DNA of 63,421 nucleotides, filler included, from Streblomastix strix (GCA_008636045.1; 4 parts of 4 records of this genome joined end to end with filler, not necessarily neighbours in it); one strand, 5' to 3'. Shown: positions 1-15,887, counted from the first letter of the whole stretch. Made by a program: numbers and translations. Notes: a model not told the origin generated them from the sequence alone.

Positions 1-3000
1 TTTAGGTAATTAAGTTGTTACTTCATCTTCTTTAGTTACTATCATTGTATGATTATCTTTATCTTCATCATATTAAACTTAATTCAAACGACTCATTTCT
101 TCATCTTTTTTTCGCTTTTCTTTTTGTAATTGGAGTTCTTTCAGATGTTCTGCTTCTTTCTTCTTTTTGTATCTTTCATTCCATATTATATACACAATTC
201 CAGATACGATAACAGTAAGAAAACCGACTACTATTGGTGGAACTACCCAAGCCCACCATTCAGCTAATTAGAACCTGATGAAATTAACAAACTGTTCTCC
301 TTCTTCAATTTCAACTTCTAATCTCACTGATTCATTTCCACCATCAAGTCCATAGAATTATTTTCCATCATTCGATATTTAGATTCCATACCATTTCTTT
401 CTGTTATCTAACCAACTGTAATCTCTCATAGAGAATTTGGCTTTGTTTGAGCTTCGAACTTTGCCATGTGCATAGATTGGAAGTTTTGTAGCATCTTCAA
501 GAGGCCAGATTAAATATCCTTTATCATCTCGGACGAGTTCATAATCATTCATTTGATCTGAGCTTTCTTAGAATTAAGAGTTATGAGAAATGTGAAGTGA
601 TTTAAAGAGTGAATTTTTATGAATTTAATAAGAAATTCCATTTAATTATTTATTCATTATTGAATTGTTAAGTGTATATAATTAGTTATCGTTAGAATTG
701 GGTTGAAGAGAATATTTAAAGCTTTGTTACTTATTTTAACTTTATTCTTCTTTTATTTCTTAATCAGTTTTATTTCTTTATTCAACTATTTAAACAGTGA
801 ATAAGGAAAGTACAAATTATTCTCCTTCGATTACAAACTTCATCGCTTCCTAATCTTTATCAACATTTACAACAACTTTGGCACTTTTAAGTAGTGGAAC
901 TGGCATTGGTGGTAAAATAAAGGCTTCTGATAGTTAATATTTGCAAATATCATCAAATACGATTCCGAATTAACATTCATCCTCATTTTCATTTGTAATT
1001 GAAGAATATTAACTTTTTGCTTTGCAAATTTCTTCAGTCATTTAATTTACAGTTGGTTTAACGATATTTAGATTTGATTCTCCTTTGCATGCAATCATTA
1101 GTAATGATCCATCTAATTAACTACTTTCTTCCCAAGGATCACTGAATTAAACGTTTTTCAACTCAACTTCAGCATTATCTATTCTAATAGCTCCGATTCT
1201 TGTATCTTTATATATGTCATTCTGACTAATATAATTTCCTTATGTTATATAAACCAATGCATATTCTATTGAAGAGAAATATTGAGGATTATTTGGGCAG
1301 AAAGCATCAGAAATTGATTCTAATTCTCCAGTAATTACATCAGATAATGTATTATTATACCCATTGAAATAGCAATTATTGATGGTTGTATATGTTTGGT
1401 TTAAATATAGCATATTTCCATAACACATTGGTTCAACAAACACAGATTCTTATAAATTAAGTGTCATTCGAGTTACTGTTAATGCTGATCCAATTGCACT
1501 GTGACAATTCGACATAAATAAACCAGTTATATCAATTGTAGCTAAATTTATAGAATCATTAATCTCCTTGTTAAGATTATTGATAAATATCAACCCATAT
1601 TTGTACAGATTGTCAAATATTATACTTCCATTTGTATAAAGTTCATTTGATAACTAAATATTGATAAATTAATTAACCATTTAAGGAGATGGTTAAGAGC
1701 TTTGGGTTATTTATGACTCTTCAACTTTTTCATCCATTTCAGGTATTAGAGCAGAACAATTAGTGAAGAATGTTTCTGTTACTGTTAATATATTGATCTG
1801 TTAACTATCTGGTTCATAAACTCCCCACGCTAAATATAACATATTCCTTGATTTAACTGCAATATTCCGATATTCACTATTCAATATCTCAAATCTTACT
1901 TTCTTGTTTTTCAAGTTTAAAAGACCTCCTTTCTCGTTTTTATTGCCCAAAAGAAGTGAAGAAGAACAATCAGAGAATATTGTATCTTCAATAACAAATT
2001 TTGTTGTTTTCTCACTATTCTATAAATTCACATTGGAAATTTTATTTATTTCAGAAGGAGCTGAAGCACCAGCTAAATCTTTTTCATTCATTGATATAAT
2101 AACTGACTCGTTTGATGTGATATCATCAAATATGCATCTATAGAAACCGATTGATGTTTTCCCAAGTTATTCAATTCTACTATCATCTGCTGTGCGTCTT
2201 AACCCAACAACTTGAAGAATTGCTCCTGTTCGAAGATATATATGCTCAAAGATTACATCCTAAAGATGCACAAATCCTTCAATACTAAATAGATATGGAG
2301 GTTCTAGCATTGTGTTGTACGGACTTGTTTCTAAGTATCCTTGAACTCTCATATCCTACATCACAAGTCCTGATTCTGCTCCTTATGTTCTAATAAATCC
2401 AATCAAAGGTGAGGCAGGCGAATTTGCAATACAAATTTTCTCAATAACAATAATCTAATTAAAACCACTATAAATCATTGCTTATAAACTACTTTATTGT
2501 GGATAAATTTCAGTTAATTGATCTCCACATCCAGCAATATTTATTATATCTGATCGAGCAAGAGAAAGATCAATGAATGGAGATGATATTTTCCCTTCGC
2601 CAAATATCAATGTTTCAACTCTTCCAGTTGATTCATCAACGCTTTCTGGTTCTAATTATATATATTCTATCAATGTTTAATATGTATTGCAAGGTTAATA
2701 AACCGATCCACATTTCATACTTGATTCTATAGTATGATTGACATCAGAATTTGAAATGAATCCGACAACTACTTCACTTTTCTATCGATTCCATGAACTA
2801 TGAATCAAATTTCTTTCATCTATAAATATTTCATCATCATTATTGCCAACTAAATAACAAACACTTATGTCTTATTCATAACTATTCTCCACAATTGATG
2901 CACATCCAATGAATGAATTAAGTTTAATAAGTTAAGATGTAGAAGCATATTGAATAAAAACATTTGATCCATAATCTGCTTTATTTCCAATGAATATGCA

Positions 3001-6000
3001 TCTCTTAAATGACATCTATACATCAAACGTTTTCATATCAACATATACAGCTCCTCCATTCGTTCCTTATCCATTTCCTAATCCTTTGAATACAACTCCT
3101 TCAACATCAATTGTGCTTGGACCAGTAGGATAAGCTCGAATCGCACTCCCACTTGATGTATAAGCTTCTCCAAGAAATGTACTATCTCTCAACTTCAGAT
3201 GGCCAACATTCATCATAATTGAACTCATTCTTTATTCTTTGTTGATATTTTCTATGTTAATATTTGTAATAAAGAATTTTTCAATGTACAAAACTTTTGC
3301 ATTTTCTTTAATTTCTATTAATCCTTTCATTTTTATTTTTCTTCTTTCTTTCAAAGAATTAATCTCATTATAATTTTTAGATATATTTATATCTTTAATT
3401 TATATATCAATCAGACTCAATTCTCCACTAATAACTTCAAATACAGAACAATGCACAACTGCACTTTCCTATTTAACTCCAATCACTCTCAATCCATTCA
3501 CTATACTCATTCCATTACCTTATGATCGAATCAGTGCAGCTTATGTTCCCCAGAGTTATACTGATAGATGTGATGTGTTCAAATGGCTGTTTTAAAGGAT
3601 GAAAAGAGTTTGTGAGATGTTTTTCTGGATTAATAAGCTTTCTTATTCTCCTTATCCTTTGAGTACAAGAATTTATTCTGAAATAATAAAGAAATAAAAT
3701 AAATAATAAAATATATCTCAATATAGAAATTAATTAAATTAATTTAAATACCTTCAAGCTGAATTGATTAAGAAGAGAAACGGCCAAACAATAGTTTAAC
3801 TGAGTAATGATTGTTATTGAATTTATAATTTGTTTGAGAGAATAGATGTGAAATATCTTATGATGGTGGAGGACTTGAATTAATTGAAATGTTTAGTTTA
3901 ATTACAGTATTTGCTGAAGGTTAATTTACCTTATTAATATATTCTTTATTTTCAAAATTTCTGATTTATTATTATTAAATAGTATTTGCATTATGTTTTA
4001 AAGAAGTAGAAGAGTAAATATCCAGATGAATAGCATCACATCCGATGAACTAAATTCCATCTGCTTTGATCGATGGCATTGTTCTTCCATATGCAACAAT
4101 CAGTCCACTTCCTTCAACTCCAAATTCTTTCTCTCGCAACCAAAGTGATTCAAATGGAGTATTTTACAGAAGTGTTGGATCATTTGGAGCCAAATTTGTA
4201 GATGATGAAGGAGAAGATTAAGTTGATATCAAACAGTTCATGAAAATACTGGTGTTGAAATTACATCGTGTTAGTGATTTCTCACAGTGCAAAATTATGC
4301 CACCTGATTCGAGTGTTGGAATTGTGCTGCTTATTCCAAATTTTGTTGTTTTACATTATTTCATCACACAAATATCGAATATAATCGAAGGTCGAGATAG
4401 ATCATTAATTCTTCGAGATATACTTTTATAATTCAATCCTTGTTCTTGCAATTTATCTTTTATTCTTTTTTATGAAATTGCAACCCATTGACTTCCACTA
4501 TCAATTATTCCAATGTAAACTCCACCACTTTATTCAATTTGATATTTTGGTTTATTAATTGAATTGATTTACTGATTTTGTAATTATTAAGCTGAATGAG
4601 AAATATTTGGAGGATATTAAGCGAATGATGTTTAATTTTATGTTATTTATGAAGATTATTATCTAATAGTTTCAGAATTTGAAGATGAAGATGTAAGGTC
4701 AGAAGCAACAAATATTATGTTTGATTCACAATCTACAAATCGTAAATATTTGGAGTTAATATGTAAGTTCTTTCCTATAAATAACATTGCTCCACCAACA
4801 TGAATCAATCTTTCTTCAGAAGGTGAAACTTCTAAATTGCATTTGCATCTTTCAAATGTTGATTCTGAAATGTGTACTGGAAGTAATAATGCATTATCTC
4901 CAAAAATACTAATTACTGATGATGCTCCAAAATAATTCTTATTTTCAACTTCTTCAGTTCGTAATTATAATGATGATGATGAGAATGTGCTTTCAATGTT
5001 TGTGAATGAACATTTCTTTATACTTAAGATATTATCTAACTAAATAACATCATGTTCGTATTATAAATCAATCAGAGATGTATCTATCATATAAATATCT
5101 TCAACAATTACATCAAACATCGATATTTGAATTAATTATGTAATAACTGGTTCTGACTTTATAAATCCACATGAAATATCATTCAAAGGAGATTCTTAGT
5201 TTATTATACAATCTTCAATCTATAATACAATATTTCTTCCAAAATCATTGTGTGATGAACTCCCAATTATTTTCACAATACTTTTGATCTCAGAATCTTC
5301 TGTAAGCACAAATTCTAAATGATGGATATAAAAATTCTGATTTACACTTCTTCTCTCCAGTTGTCCTTACTATTACCATTAAGCAAGATCTGAACAAATG
5401 ATTTATCCACTTTTAGTAAATATCAATATAGCACGTTGTGTTGCAAATAAATATTCATCGGGAAAAGCACCCCTTATTATAACATTATCAGCCTCTGTTT
5501 CAAAAGGTTATGCAACTTCTATTCCTTGGAAAATAATGTATGTGTAATTTATTTATTAAGCTCCAGCACTATCTAATGGAACGGTTTCATAAGTCCATTC
5601 AGGAGTAAGAACCTTTCCTTCAGCATATGAAAGTGTTACACAAGGCAAATAGATTCTTCCGCATTTCAAAGTATTTTCAGATATTGATTAGTCTTAAGAT
5701 ATATATACAATGTCATTGTAATAGGGTAGCATCAAAGAGAGTATATCAAAATCAATCATTTGTGGCCTTCCAAGCTCTGATTCAAATGCAGATTCTGTTC
5801 CAAATATCGCATTGTCCTTATCATATGTTTCATTAAGCATATCATATAATATTCTTCTATCAGGTTTCATAACAATAATATTTTTACATAATATAAATAG
5901 ATCTCTTCCATATTAGCTTGCTTTATTTTGATTAAAATGAAGATTAACTCCAACTGTGAATTCATATGGAGCATCTTATCCTACATTTATATATATTGCT

Positions 6001-7999
6001 CCTCCTCGACCTTATTATATGCTAGTACTGAATGCTTCACATTCTTCAAAATAAACTTCTTCATTAATTTAAAACTATTCCATTGCTAATATTTATGCAT
6101 AAATACCACCTCCATTCAAAGCTTTGCATTTCTTCATTAATGTTTCTTTTATATCCAATATTCCTCCGTTTTATTATATTTTAATAGCTCCTCCAGATCC
6201 CGATTCGCTTATACACTCTTCAAATACACTATAATCTTGTATATAGATAGAACTTCCTGATTTAATTGTAGCACTTAAAGCTGATCCTCCATCATTACCT
6301 TATTATATAATCTTAGAAAATGTTGTTCTATTTATTATCAATAAACTTTCTTATTAATTTGTTATACTATCAATATTGATCACACTCTTTCCATTTGAGA
6401 ATAAATAGTTCGAAATTTATGTATCTTTTATTTATGCTTATCCTCCATTTATCTAAATAAGGTTATGTTTCAGTTCAGGTAATGGAGTATTTCCATTTTA
6501 TGCAAATACACACCTTTCAATATGAAGTTAAGCATCAATGTTATTTGCTGAATTTCCTGTTAACAATATCAGTGGCGATGTTGAAGTTACAAACGAATTA
6601 TCCAATTTCAAATGATATAATCCAAGTTTAGATCCTTCACCATTCACATTGAATAATGTATTGGATTCAGAATAACTACCAATCAAATAAATTTTATCAT
6701 ATGAAAGAGTTTTTCCTTCTCCTCCATTTTCTGATTAAATTTCTATATTATTACTAATAGTTGTAGCAGTATTAATATTAATCACTGTATCAATCATATC
6801 ATCTTTTTGTAGAATCATTATTGCAATGTCAGTATTTGGGTTATATTATCCTTCAAAAAGTAATGGAGTAAGTAAAAGCGCATAATTTATTGTTCCGCAT
6901 GGATTTGGTTTTAATCCACATGATAATCTATCAATTCCATCGATCAATGTTGAAATATGCCATTAATTACCTGAATCTATTATATAATATTCAAGTTCAC
7001 TTATTTTATCTTTTAAATCTTCAGAAGTAGCAGATTCAAATTAACTTGGTGAACCTCTATATCCCATTAGTAATGATATATTAGATAAATTAGTGGTATA
7101 ATCTTTACTTCTAACATATTATCCTCTCGGATTTCCAAGTCTGCATAATTCTCTCAGTTCATTCATTACAATAAATAATCCATTATCTCCTTGATCAGCT
7201 TCACAATTAATATATTCTACTTATCCTAGATTAATTCCATTATTAATACTATCCCAATTAATTCCAGATATGAAAATGCTACTTCCAAATCCTCTATGAA
7301 TATTTGAAATATACGGATTTAAAGCTTAACAGGAATCAAATGATGTACTTTACACAGAAATTTAGCTTTGAATTGTAAAATCAATATTAACATATATTCC
7401 TCCTCCATTTCCATTAGTGCTTCGACAGTTTGTGAAATAACTAGATTCTTTAATAATGAATTTACCAGATTATTCAATTGAAGTATAAATGCCTCCTCCA
7501 TTATATCCAGAACATCCACTTATTGAAACTTAATTCATTTCTATTTCTCCTGAACTAATAATACAATAAATTCCTCCTCCATTTCCAGTTCCAACACAAT
7601 CAGTCAATTATATTCTTTTAATTATTTATTTCTAAGAGCTTTAACTATTGATATAAATTCCTCCACCGTTCATTCCTTTACATTCATTGAATATTATTTC
7701 ATTAACTTCAATAATTCCATTATCATATAATTCAACATGTGCTCCTCTTCCTTATACAAACTATGCTTATTTATTTCCATCTTAATCTTTTATATATCCT
7801 TCAAATTGTAATTAATCTTCTATTATGAGTTTACTATTTGCTCCTGAAATAGTGGAATATAATGCTGCTCCTGAATTTAAGCGAGCTTTACAGCATATAA
7901 AAGAGCATGTTCCATCAATTGTTAATTTTCCACTTGATAATATTTAAGCATTAATTCCACTTCCTTAATCAGATTCACATTGAATGAATGATGTTTAAG
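1..7999 (-). CDS. Large type-I membrane surface protein with GGA(I)/GGGIY beta-helix (pectin-lyase / Pmp-like) repeats; partial at both ends; intron 3678-3751
   Basis: Open with TAA/TAG=Gln and continues through the spacer (SQTSFIQCESDQGSGINAQ...). Repeated NGGGIY/GGAIY and CGxxxxPCxT motifs. C-terminal TM WWAWVVPPIVVGFLTVIVSGIVYIIW followed by a charged tail. Confidence 0.8.
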
Positions 8000-8000
8000 A

Positions 8001-11000
8001 GATTAAGATGGAAATAAATAAGCATAGTTTGTATAAGGAAGAGGAGCACATGTTGAATTATATGATAATGGAATTATTGAAGTTAATGAAATAATATTCA
8101 ATGAATGTAAAGGAATGAACGGTGGAGGAATTTATATCAATAGTTAAAGCTCTTAGAAATAAATAATTAAAAGAATATAATTGACTGATTGTGTTGGAAC
8201 TGGAAATGGAGGAGGAATTTATTGTATTATTAGTTCAGGAGAAATAGAAATGAATTAAGTTTCAATAAGTGGATGTTCTGGATATAATGGAGGAGGCATT
8301 TATACTTCAATTGAATAATCTGGTAAATTCATTATTAAAGAATCTAGTTATTTCACAAACTGTCGAAGCACTAATGGAAATGGAGGAGGAATATATGTTA
8401 ATATTGATTTTACAATTCAAAGCTAAATTTCTGTGTAAAGTACATCATTTGATTCCTGTTAAGCTTTAAATCCGTATATTTCAAATATTCATAGAGGATT
8501 TGGAAGTAGCATTTTCATATCTGGAATTAATTGGGATAGTATTAATAATGGAATTAATCTAGGATAAGTAGAATATATTAATTGTGAAGCTGATCAAGGA
8601 GATAATGGATTATTTATTGTAATGAATGAACTGAGAGAATTATGCAGACTTGGAAATCCGAGAGGATAATATGTTAGAAGTAAAGATTATACCACTAATT
8701 TATCTAATATATCATTACTAATGGGATATAGAGGTTCACCAAGTTAATTTGAATCTGCTACTTCTGAAGATTTAAAAGATAAAATAAGTGAACTTGAATA
8801 TTATATAATAGATTCAGGTAATTAATGGCATATTTCAACATTGATCGATGGAATTGATAGATTATCATGTGGATTAAAACCAAATCCATGCGGAACAATA
8901 AATTATGCGCTTTTACTTACTCCATTACTTTTTGAAGGATAATATAACCCAAATACTGACATTGCAATAATGATTCTACAAAAAGATGATATGATTGATA
9001 CAGTGATTAATATTAATACTGCTACAACTATTAGTAATAATATAGAAATTTAATCAGAAAATGGAGGAGAAGGAAAAACTCTTTCATATGATAAAATTTA
9101 TTTGATTGGTAGTTATTCTGAATCCAATACATTATTCAATGTGAATGGTGAAGGATCTAAACTTGGATTATATCATTTGAAATTGGATAATTCGTTTGTA
9201 ACTTCAACATCGCCACTGATATTGTTAACAGGAAATTCAGCAAATAACATTGATGCTTAACTTCATATTGAAAGGTGTGTATTTGCATAAAATGGAAATA
9301 CTCCATTACCTGAACTGAAACATAACCTTATTTAGATAAATGGAGGATAAGCATAAATAAAAGATACATAAATTTCGAACTATTTATTCTCAAATGGAAA
9401 GAGTGTGATCAATATTGATAGTATAACAAATTAATAAGAAAGTTTATTGATAATAAATAGAACAACATTTTCTAAGATTATATAATAAGGTAATGATGGA
9501 GGATCAGCTTTAAGTGCTACAATTAAATCAGGAAGTTCTATCTATATACAAGATTATAGTGTATTTGAAGAGTGTATAAGCGAATCGGGATCTGGAGGAG
9601 CTATTAAAATATAATAAAACGGAGGAATATTGGATATAAAAGAAACATTAATGAAGAAATGCAAAGCTTTGAATGGAGGTGGTATTTATGCATAAATATT
9701 AGCAATGGAATAGTTTTAAATTAATGAAGAAGTTTATTTTGAAGAATGTGAAGCATTCAGTACTAGCATATAATAAGGTCGAGGAGGAGCAATATATATA
9801 AATGTAGGATAAGATGCTCCATATGAATTCACAGTTGGAGTTAATCTTCATTTTAATCAAAATAAAGCAAGCTAATATGGAAGAGATCTATTTATATTAT
9901 GTAAAAATATTATTGTTATGAAACCTGATAGAAGAATATTATATGATATGCTTAATGAAACATATGATAAGGACAATGCGATATTTGGAACAGAATCTGC
10001 ATTTGAATCAGAGCTTGGAAGGCCACAAATGATTGATTTTGATATACTCTCTTTGATGCTACCCTATTACAATGACATTGTATATATATCTTAAGACTAA
10101 TCAATATCTGAAAATACTTTGAAATGCGGAAGAATCTATTTGCCTTGTGTAACACTTTCATATGCTGAAGGAAAGGTTCTTACTCCTGAATGGACTTATG
10201 AAACCGTTCCATTAGATAGTGCTGGAGCTTAATAAATAAATTACACATACATTATTTTCCAAGGAATAGAAGTTGCATAACCTTTTGAAACAGAGGCTGA
10301 TAATGTTATAATAAGGGGTGCTTTTCCCGATGAATATTTATTTGCAACACAACGTGCTATATTGATATTTACTAAAAGTGGATAAATCATTTGTTCAGAT
10401 CTTGCTTAATGGTAATAGTAAGGACAACTGGAGAGAAGAAGTGTAAATCAGAATTTTTATATCCATCATTTAGAATTTGTGCTTACAGAAGATTCTGAGA
10501 TCAAAAGTATTGTGAAAATAATTGGGAGTTCATCACACAATGATTTTGGAAGAAATATTGTATTATAGATTGAAGATTGTATAATAAACTAAGAATCTCC
10601 TTTGAATGATATTTCATGTGGATTTATAAAGTCAGAACCAGTTATTACATAATTAATTCAAATATCGATGTTTGATGTAATTGTTGAAGATATTTATATG
10701 ATAGATACATCTCTGATTGATTTATAATACGAACATGATGTTATTTAGTTAGATAATATCTTAAGTATAAAGAAATGTTCATTCACAAACATTGAAAGCA
10801 CATTCTCATCATCATCATTATAATTACGAACTGAAGAAGTTGAAAATAAGAATTATTTTGGAGCATCATCAGTAATTAGTATTTTTGGAGATAATGCATT
10901 ATTACTTCCAGTACACATTTCAGAATCAACATTTGAAAGATGCAAATGCAATTTAGAAGTTTCACCTTCTGAAGAAAGATTGATTCATGTTGGTGGAGCA

Positions 11001-14000
11001 ATGTTATTTATAGGAAAGAACTTACATATTAACTCCAAATATTTACGATTTGTAGATTGTGAATCAAACATAATATTTGTTGCTTCTGACCTTACATCTT
11101 CATCTTCAAATTCTGAAACTATTAGATAATAATCTTCATAAATAACATAAAATTAAACATCATTCGCTTAATATCCTCCAAATATTTCTCATTCAGCTTA
11201 ATAATTACAAAATCAGTAAATCAATTCAATTAATAAACCAAAATATCAAATTGAATAAAGTGGTGGAGTTTACATTGGAATAATTGATAGTGGAAGTCAA
11301 TGGGTTGCAATTTCATAAAAAAGAATAAAAGATAAATTGCAAGAACAAGGATTGAATTATAAAAGTATATCTCGAAGAATTAATGATCTATCTCGACCTT
11401 CGATTATATTCGATATTTGTGTGATGAAATAATGTAAAACAACAAAATTTGGAATAAGCAGCACAATTCCAACACTCGAATCAGGTGGCATAATTTTGCA
11501 CTGTGAGAAATCACTAACACGATGTAATTTCAACACCAGTATTTTCATGAACTGTTTGATATCAACTTAATCTTCTCCTTCATCATCTACAAATTTGGCT
11601 CCAAATGATCCAACACTTCTGTAAAATACTCCATTTGAATCACTTTGGTTGCGAGAGAAAGAATTTGGAGTTGAAGGAAGTGGACTGATTGTTGCATATG
11701 GAAGAACAATGCCATCGATCAAAGCAGATGGAATTTAGTTCATCGGATGTGATGCTATTCATCTGGATATTTACTCTTCTACTTCTTTAAAACATAATGC
11801 AAATACTATTTAATAATAATAAATCAGAAATTTTGAAAATAAAGAATATATTAATAAGGTAAATTAACCTTCAGCAAATACTGTAATTAAACTAAACATT
11901 TCAATTAATTCAAGTCCTCCACCATCATAAGATATTTCACATCTATTCTCTCAAACAAATTATAAATTCAATAACAATCATTACTCAGTTAAACTATTGT
12001 TTGGCCGTTTCTCTTCTTAATCAATTCAGCTTGAAGGTATTTAAATTAATTTAATTAATTTCTATATTGAGATATATTTTATTATTTATTTTATTTCTTT
12101 ATTATTTCAGAATAAATTCTTGTACTCAAAGGATAAGGAGAATAAGAAAGCTTATTAATCCAGAAAAACATCTCACAAACTCTTTTCATCCTTTAAAACA
12201 GCCATTTGAACACATCACATCTATCAGTATAACTCTGGGGAACATAAGCTGCACTGATTCGATCATAAGGTAATGGAATGAGTATAGTGAATGGATTGAG
12301 AGTGATTGGAGTTAAATAGGAAAGTGCAGTTGTGCATTGTTCTGTATTTGAAGTTATTAGTGGAGAATTGAGTCTGATTGATATATAAATTAAAGATATA
12401 AATATATCTAAAAATTATAATGAGATTAATTCTTTGAAAGAAAGAAGAAAAATAAAAATGAAAGGATTAATAGAAATTAAAGAAAATGCAAAAGTTTTGT
12501 ACATTGAAAAATTCTTTATTACAAATATTAACATAGAAAATATCAACAAAGAATAAAGAATGAGTTCAATTATGATGAATGTTGGCCATCTGAAGTTGAG
12601 AGATAGTACATTTCTTGGAGAAGCTTATACATCAAGTGGGAGTGCGATTCGAGCTTATCCTACTGGTCCAAGCACAATTGATGTTGAAGGAGTTGTATTC
12701 AAAGGATTAGGAAATGGATAAGGAACGAATGGAGGAGCTGTATATGTTGATATGAAAACGTTTGATGTATAGATGTCATTTAAGAGATGCATATTCATTG
12801 GAAATAAAGCAGATTATGGATCAAATGTTTTTATTCAATATGCTTCTACATCTTAACTTATTAAACTTAATTCATTCATTGGATGTGCATCAATTGTGGA
12901 GAATAGTTATGAATAAGACATAAGTGTTTGTTATTTAGTTGGCAATAATGATGATGAAATATTTATAGATGAAAGAAATTTGATTCATAGTTCATGGAAT
13001 CGATAGAAAAGTGAAGTAGTTGTCGGATTCATTTCAAATTCTGATGTCAATCATACTATAGAATCAAGTATGAAATGTGGATCGGTTTATTAACCTTGCA
13101 ATACATATTAAACATTGATAGAATATATATAATTAGAACCAGAAAGCGTTGATGAATCAACTGGAAGAGTTGAAACATTGATATTTGGCGAAGGGAAAAT
13201 ATCATCTCCATTCATTGATCTTTCTCTTGCTCGATCAGATATAATAAATATTGCTGGATGTGGAGATCAATTAACTGAAATTTATCCACAATAAAGTAGT
13301 TTATAAGCAATGATTTATAGTGGTTTTAATTAGATTATTGTTATTGAGAAAATTTGTATTGCAAATTCGCCTGCCTCACCTTTGATTGGATTTATTAGAA
13401 CATAAGGAGCAGAATCAGGACTTGTGATGTAGGATATGAGAGTTCAAGGATACTTAGAAACAAGTCCGTACAACACAATGCTAGAACCTCCATATCTATT
13501 TAGTATTGAAGGATTTGTGCATCTTTAGGATGTAATCTTTGAGCATATATATCTTCGAACAGGAGCAATTCTTCAAGTTGTTGGGTTAAGACGCACAGCA
13601 GATGATAGTAGAATTGAATAACTTGGGAAAACATCAATCGGTTTCTATAGATGCATATTTGATGATATCACATCAAACGAGTCAGTTATTATATCAATGA
13701 ATGAAAAAGATTTAGCTGGTGCTTCAGCTCCTTCTGAAATAAATAAAATTTCCAATGTGAATTTATAGAATAGTGAGAAAACAACAAAATTTGTTATTGA
13801 AGATACAATATTCTCTGATTGTTCTTCTTCACTTCTTTTGGGCAATAAAAACGAGAAAGGAGGTCTTTTAAACTTGAAAAACAAGAAAGTAAGATTTGAG
13901 ATATTGAATAGTGAATATCGGAATATTGCAGTTAAATCAAGGAATATGTTATATTTAGCGTGGGGAGTTTATGAACCAGATAGTTAACAGATCAATATAT

Positions 14001-15787
14001 TAACAGTAACAGAAACATTCTTCACTAATTGTTCTGCTCTAATACCTGAAATGGATGAAAAAGTTGAAGAGTCATAAATAACCCAAAGCTCTTAACCATC
14101 TCCTTAAATGGTTAATTAATTTATCAATATTTAGTTATCAAATGAACTTTATACAAATGGAAGTATAATATTTGACAATCTGTACAAATATGGGTTGATA
14201 TTTATCAATAATCTTAACAAGGAGATTAATGATTCTATAAATTTAGCTACAATTGATATAACTGGTTTATTTATGTCGAATTGTCACAGTGCAATTGGAT
14301 CAGCATTAACAGTAACTCGAATGACACTTAATTTATAAGAATCTGTGTTTGTTGAACCAATGTGTTATGGAAATATGCTATATTTAAACCAAACATATAC
14401 AACCATCAATAATTGCTATTTCAATGGGTATAATAATACATTATCTGATGTAATTACTGGAGAATTAGAATCAATTTCTGATGCTTTCTGCCCAAATAAT
14501 CCTCAATATTTCTCTTCAATAGAATATGCATTGGTTTATATAACATAAGGAAATTATATTAGTCAGAATGACATATATAAAGATACAAGAATCGGAGCTA
14601 TTAGAATAGATAATGCTGAAGTTGAGTTGAAAAACGTTTAATTCAGTGATCCTTGGGAAGAAAGTAGTTAATTAGATGGATCATTACTAATGATTGCATG
14701 CAAAGGAGAATCAAATCTAAATATCGTTAAACCAACTGTAAATTAAATGACTGAAGAAATTTGCAAAGCAAAAAGTTAATATTCTTCAATTACAAATGAA
14801 AATGAGGATGAATGTTAATTCGGAATCGTATTTGATGATATTTGCAAATATTAACTATCAGAAGCCTTTATTTTACCACCAATGCCAGTTCCACTACTTA
14901 AAAGTGCCAAAGTTGTTGTAAATGTTGATAAAGATTAGGAAGCGATGAAGTTTGTAATCGAAGGAGAATAATTTGTACTTTCCTTATTCACTGTTTAAAT
15001 AGTTGAATAAAGAAATAAAACTGATTAAGAAATAAAAGAAGAATAAAGTTAAAATAAGTAACAAAGCTTTAAATATTCTCTTCAACCCAATTCTAACGAT
15101 AACTAATTATATACACTTAACAATTCAATAATGAATAAATAATTAAATGGAATTTCTTATTAAATTCATAAAAATTCACTCTTTAAATCACTTCACATTT
15201 CTCATAACTCTTAATTCTAAGAAAGCTCAGATCAAATGAATGATTATGAACTCGTCCGAGATGATAAAGGATATTTAATCTGGCCTCTTGAAGATGCTAC
15301 AAAACTTCCAATCTATGCACATGGCAAAGTTCGAAGCTCAAACAAAGCCAAATTCTCTATGAGAGATTACAGTTGGTTAGATAACAGAAAGAAATGGTAT
15401 GGAATCTAAATATCGAATGATGGAAAATAATTCTATGGACTTGATGGTGGAAATGAATCAGTGAGATTAGAAGTTGAAATTGAAGAAGGAGAACAGTTTG
15501 TTAATTTCATCAGGTTCTAATTAGCTGAATGGTGGGCTTGGGTAGTTCCACCAATAGTAGTCGGTTTTCTTACTGTTATCGTATCTGGAATTGTGTATAT
15601 AATATGGAATGAAAGATACAAAAAGAAGAAAGAAGCAGAACATCTGAAAGAACTCCAATTACAAAAAGAAAAGCGAAAAAAAGATGAAGAAATGAGTCGT
15701 TTGAATTAAGTTTAATATGATGAAGATAAAGATAATCATACAATGATAGTAACTAAAGAAGATGAAGTAACAACTTAATTACCTAAA
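8001..15787 (+). CDS. Mirror copy of the same surface-protein gene (5'-truncated); GT-AG intron 12037-12110
   Basis: Frame from 8001 reads DQDGNKQAQFVQGRGAHVEL. A 74-nt phase-1 intron (gtattt...tttcag) restores the frame. TM segment at ~15530-15607; no TGA seen before the contig end. Confidence 0.8.
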
Positions 15788-15887
15788 NNNNNNNNNNNNN
15801 NNNNNNNNNNNNNNNNNNNNNNNNNNNNNNNTTAATTAATTAANNNNNNNNNNNNNNNNNNNNNNNNNNNNNNNNNNNNNNNNNNNN
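15788..15887. other. Artificial contig linker (N44-TTAATTAATTAA-N44)
   Basis: 100-nt N run with a six-frame stop linker in the middle. Confidence 0.99.

Larger units (their letters stand above)
1..15787. repeat. Contig-wide inverted duplication (arms 1-7788 and 8000-15787, 211-bp unique spacer 7789-7999)
   Basis: Position x pairs with 15788-x wherever checked. The ORF track shows identical mirrored ORFs (e.g. 1240..1443- and 14345..14548+). Complementarity stops at 7788/8000. Confidence 0.97.

Noticed and set aside
7789..7999. Palindrome centre as a hairpin telomere or replication origin
   Set aside because: The spacer is ordinary in-frame coding sequence of the surface-protein gene.
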